Shown: piece by piece, positions 48,358 through 53,237 of the stretch
Layout: the number at the start of each line of letters is the position of its first letter
Position numbering within the stretch: position 1 is the stretch's first letter
Source: Lama guanicoe
Lineage: Eukaryota
Assembly (NCBI GenBank): GCA_013239625.1
Contig: MU053279.1
Coordinates: 18,935-72,171 of the forward strand
Direction: 5' to 3'
DNA: 53,237 nucleotides
Notes under the pieces: model-generated
What the model was told of the DNA's origin: nothing
The model's database searches: none
The model's input: only the letters and a program-made list of their open reading frames with translations
Made by a program: the position numbers and the translations under genes

Positions 48358-50124
48358 AGAGAGGGTGAGAGCATGTTAACAAATCAGCTTAAAACCATCA
48401 CCACTGAGGGGAGAAGCGGTCAGAGCACGTCCTACTGACCCTGAATCAGAACCCTCATCTCCGCAGTACAGACTTCTCAATAATATAACCCAGACTGAAA
48501 GTCTGACGTGAGGTTACAATGAATAGGTTAGATGTGATTCATGGTAACAATTCAAAGGATGAAAAACAGTAATAATTATAACTAACACTTCAAAGTAACT
48601 TCAGGGTTTTAAAGTATGTTCACACATCAACATGGCTTTGTATAATGCTTCTGTGGTGCTTTTGGAATATTTATGTAAAGAAGTAAAATCGGTTAGCTTT
48701 TTAGGGAACAGACTATTTCCAGCTAGAAGCCACTTTAAAGCTACTTCCCCTCTTATAAGCAATAAGCAAACTGAGCTGCTATGTTCAACCTCCTTGAGAA
48801 AAGACATGGGATCTCCATGAAGATGAAGAAAAGAGGGAAAAAATGAATTGTTACATTATTGAAATTCCTCATTATGCTCTTTTGAGCCAAAGGAGCCCCT
48901 TAAAAACACACATTTTGATTGTATCTCATTTCAGCACTCAGCTCTGTTCGGTTCAGCCATCTACTTGAAGGCATCAAATATCATCAAAACTTCCCATTTC
49001 CACAGAGCATTTGAAACCCGGTAAGTTCATTAAATTGCAGTGATGTTATCAATTGTGAGATGAGCCAATTTAATTAATGTTTCTCGGGTTAATCTTCATA
49101 GTGGAAAATAATTTATATGTTTCCTTTAAAGAGGACCAATATGACATATTATAATAGAATAATTATACAAAGATAATTTTATTACAAAGGAAACAAAATG
49201 CATCAGCTCAAGTAAATGCTAAAAGTAAGCACCTAATAAACATCGAAGCTAAGTTACTACTGGCCATAATTCTGGAGTCGAAAATAAGCAAAATAATTCA
49301 AAAGTGGGTAAATTTTTTTTTATCATTTTGCTATACCAAAGCCAAACTGAAGAATAAAAATTCTTTAATATACATTAACTTTTTATATTCTTTGTATTTT
49401 GACTGCATATTATCACTTCATACAATTAAAGAACCATAGAAATTTGTTACTCTACTAACATTAAGTAACAATATTTTATTTAAAATACTCTTATGAATCT
49501 TTAAAAGGGCCAGAGTTACTAAACAGTGAGTTACTAAATAGCATATATGCTTATTTGATTATTAATTTACTTTTTAATTTAATCTCCAGATATGTCATTG
49601 AATAACACACATGCTCATGTACTTTTTAACACCCAGTTTTAATACACACTTACAGACACATGGACACGTGGTATTTTAAGGGCCACTACACAACCAGCTG
49701 CACTCTAGATGTTTAGTCAATAAATACTGAAGCCAGGACTGAATATCCCCTTTGATAGCCTCTGTTTAACATAAAGGACCTAGCAAGGAATGGCACTATC
49801 CCAAGCCAGCATCTCCCTTATCACCAGACTCTTCGTTAAAACAGTCCCAATAAGGAAGGTTTAAAGACATGAAAATCCACTAGAAAAATCCAACACTGCC
49901 CTAGTCTATGTCTCTCCCAGGAATGCCACCTGAATTCCTCTAGCACCCCGAGTATTTAAAAGGGGCTTATCCTCACCTCCAAGACATCCCATGAAATGCA
50001 AATTCAAAATTATCCCAGCATCTCTGATAAGTCAGATATGGATGGAATCTTTGGGACAGGCTGTGAGACAGAGAAAACCAAATATAAGAATTTGTAAATC
50101 ATAAGAAAGAGCCAGAAGAGTCTA

Positions 50125-50225
50125 AAGGATCCCATTTTTCTGCTGAGGACTTCATGGCCCAGGAAAGTGACATACATAACTAACTCCTCAACATGACAAA
50201 ACCAGGACTTGAAGACATCTCATCA
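50125..50225 (-). mobile_element. MIR fragment
   Basis: atcccatttttctgctgaggacttcatggcccaggaaagtga...aaccaggacttgaa. Confidence 0.5.
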
Positions 50226-50571
50226 CCTCTCTGCCAGGCCCCCAGCACTCACCTGCCAGTCACAGCATCTTCCTGAGCCTTGAGAATGGACCTCCCAGTG
50301 CAACCCTATCTCCCTTTCGCTTTATTATTATTTTTTTTCACCACTGCCTCTTCACCCTCTTCTCTTGTATGTATGAGAACAAGATGTGTGTCTCTTTTCT
50401 TGGGGATGCTGTGCATAAGCAGGAGGTCCTCCCTTGAATGAAGACAGCAATACAGACCCAGCTCCCTCCATCTGCACGGGACCAAGTCCTACCATTTAAA
50501 ATTCCTCACAAACGGGAGTGGTCATCTCAAGTTTCAACAGCACAAAATGGTGCGCACACAAGTACCAGCCA

Positions 50572-51266
50572 TTTTCTTTCTTTTCTTTTTTTAATTGAAG
50601 TACAGTTGCTTTACAATGTTGTGTTAGTTTCTGGTGTACAGCAGAGTGGTTTAGTGACATATACATATATATATTCTTTTTCAGATTTTTTTTCATTATA
50701 AGCTATTACAAGATATTGAATATAGTTCCCTCTGCTATACAATTGGTCCTTGTTATTTATCTGTTTTATATATAGTAGCTTGTATCTGCTAATCCTAAAC
50801 ACCTAGTTTATCCTTCCCTTACTCAATTTCCCCTTTGGTAACCAAAAGTTTGTTTTCTATGTCTGTGAGTTGTCTCTGTTTTATAAATATGTTCATTTGT
50901 ATCATATTTTAGATTCTACATATAAGTGATACCATCTGGTATTTTTTTCTCTGTCCGTCTTACCTCACTTAGTATGATAATTTCTAGGTCCATCCATGTT
51001 GCTGTAAATGGTATTATTTTATTCTTTTTATGACTGAGTAGCATTCCATTGTGTTTGTGTGTGTGTGTATGTATATATATATATATACATACACACATAC
51101 ACATATCACAACTTCTTAACCCAGTCATCTGTTGATAGACACTTAGGCTGCTTCCATGTTTTGGCTATTCTAAATAGTGCTGCTGTGAACACTGGGGTGC
51201 ATGTATCTTTTCAAATTACAGTTTTTTCCAGATAGGTGCCCAGCAGTGGTATTGCTGGAACATAGG
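50572..51266 (-). mobile_element. 5'-truncated L1 3' end with perfect 12-bp TSD
   Basis: polyT then ttaattgaagtacagttgctttacaatgttgtgttagtttctggtgtacagc...; TSD aagtaccagcca at 50560-50571 and 51267-51278. Confidence 0.95.
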
Positions 51267-52619
51267 AAGTACCAGCCAATGTGAAATACACCTTCTGGGG
51301 GCAGAAAGTGGCTGAGCCCTTTCCCTTGGCACTGAGCTGGATTCCCAGGACACTCACTAAGTTGAAATCTCAGGGCTCCTCACTCCATCTAAGTCCCCTC
51401 CAAGGCCCTGGAAGATGACATCTCTGCAATGGGTTCACATATAAAATTTGCAAAATTAACATATCTTCATTTGTTTTTTGTAACCACATATGGTTCCATT
51501 CCACATACCTCTCTAGTATGATGACAGGCTTTATTTTTGGCAAAGGGTCGGTCAGTGTAAGTTTACTCTGCGGCCCATGACAGCTGCCCAGGGGACCCAC
51601 CACTGCCCCCTCATGGAGATATGTGACATCCTCCAGAGGACCCAGGGCTGCAGAGTGTCTCCTGGGTGCTAAATGGCAGCCTCAGCACATGCACATGATC
51701 TGTCTGCTACCGCACTTTCCCTGCGCCCTTTATGAGAGCATCCCCGAAGGCGTTTTGGACGATCAGGAAAAGGCACGTGAGAATTGCCCAGTGTGAGATC
51801 ATGTTCTGTTTGTAAGGAGAGAACAGCGTCGTTGGAACTGAGAGAGAACTAGAACTGGGGGGAAAAGAACCACCATAGGAATTTCAAAAAGCAGACAGCC
51901 CATGAGAGAGGGTGGAAGATCTCCTGCTATAAAATACCGTCTGGCAAAGAGGCACAGGCTGCTGAAGACTGTCCCTCTCGGGAGGCTGTCCTTTCAACCA
52001 CACTGCCCAGCCCAAGTGATAGGAGAGGTGTAGACGGAAGGGGGTGGGGAATCCAATTTGTAGTCACAGAGGGAGGACTGGGTGAAACCGATGTGAAAAG
52101 GCGTCAAGGCTTAACAGAACTAGTTTATCAGCGAAAGACATTTCAAAGCCTTAAAAGGAAAATTACAATGACCATTGCTAATGAATCATTCCACAGATTC
52201 TCATGCAAATATCCTTTGGGTGGCTTTGATCCACACTGACACCTGAAAGAAAGCATACAGTGTCTCCAGACTGGACAGATGATTGGGAAGAAATGGTACA
52301 GCCAGGACACAGAACCCCCGGCCAACACCCTGGGAACTCTGGGGCCAGCAGCACACGGCTCCCTCCCCGCCCACCCTAGGGACTCCGGAACTGTGTCCTC
52401 TCCATTTAGAAACACAGACTAGGATCTAGGATTGGCCACTTGTAAGAGTGACGTTTATGAAACATCTGGTTTTGTGGTACGTATGAGCTGATGACCCTCA
52501 CGGTGAAAGCCACAGGGAGCTCTCACTTAAAGTGTTACTTTCCTTCCACTAAATTGTGCGAGACATTTTATTTAGAATTTATTGAGGATTAAATATTGCA
52601 TGAAAGGAAATACTATGTT

Positions 52620-52875
52620 CTGTGTTTGGGGAGTATAGAAATGATCCTATTTTTAGGGTAGTGAAAATACTGTCTATGATATCATGGTAACAGATACACG
52701 TTGTTACACATTTATCCAACCCCATGGAATGCACAGCCCCAAGGTAAACTGCAGCCTTTGGGTGATTGTGGCGTGGCAGTGTAGGTGCATCACTGTCACA
52801 GGTGCACTGTGGGAGACACTGATAATGAGGTGGAGCTACACACGTGTGAGGGACGGACTATAGGGACATCTCTGA
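52620..52875 (+). mobile_element. L1MC1-like 3' fragment
   Basis: tttttagggtagtgaaaatactgtctatgata...cacatttatccaaccccatggaatg...ctttgggtgattgtggcgtggcagtgtagg...gataatgagg. Confidence 0.8.
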
Positions 52876-52899
52876 TCTTGCTCCTTGCCGCTCTCTGCC

Positions 52900-53237
52900 T
52901 GGATCATTATGTCCCATCCATTCTGCTATTTTATATTTCCTTGGAAATGCCATGGCAATTCTTGAATTAGAGTCATCACTCTCTAGAATTTTCATCCCAC
53001 TGATTCTCAGCTGACTGTTTCCTTTTCATCATTTTTTTTCAATTATTCGTTCTCATCAGTATTAAGTTTATTAATATATTTCAAAACTTTTCCTAAGAAA
53101 ACCTCAACAGCATTCAAAGTCAGCTGAAATGTTACCTGCTAACAGGATCTTTCTCTGTCTACCTAATATGAAGTACCTTCCATGAAATAATCATGGCCCT
53201 CCATTTCCAAGAACTCTGTTCTCATGGCCACATTCTG
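52900..53237 (+). mobile_element. Degraded L2 fragments
   Basis: cattcaaagtcagctgaaatgttacctgctaacaggatctttctctg. Confidence 0.4.

Noticed and set aside
1..53237. CRISPR array, operon or other prokaryotic system
   Set aside because: The sequence is mammalian, and no regularly interspaced repeat-spacer structure is visible.

Overview
Mammalian, almost certainly camelid, non-coding DNA: it carries four copies of a tRNA-Ala-like camelid vic-1-type SINE and artiodactyl-type L1 3' ends. I find no intact, recognisable protein-coding gene. The provided ORFs are L1 ORF2 remnants, chance ORFs, or artefacts of the 699-N assembly gap at 46287-46985. The window is dominated by interspersed repeats (L1, L2, MIR, ERV1/ERVL/MaLR LTRs, MER3/MER5/MER20/MER58). 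Main structures: (1) A 2.86-kb composite insertion at 35246-38100 splits a MER58 element, which itself splits an old L1MC. It begins with the R-U5 part of an ERV1 LTR at about its transcription start, runs through about 600 bp of unique sequence and into an internally deleted L1. This is best read as an LTR-promoted 5'-transduced L1 retrocopy; it also contains a 207-bp tandem duplication and a nested SINE. (2) A near-identical 1.85/2.08-kb tandem duplication at 22857-26788 has a copy-specific deletion with a templated insertion. (3) A set of minus-strand, phase-compatible but stop-riddled exon candidates at 0.4-2.7 kb and two open ones at 10.3-12 kb may be a decayed gene that I cannot name. 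Repeat family names are by-eye recognition, not database results.
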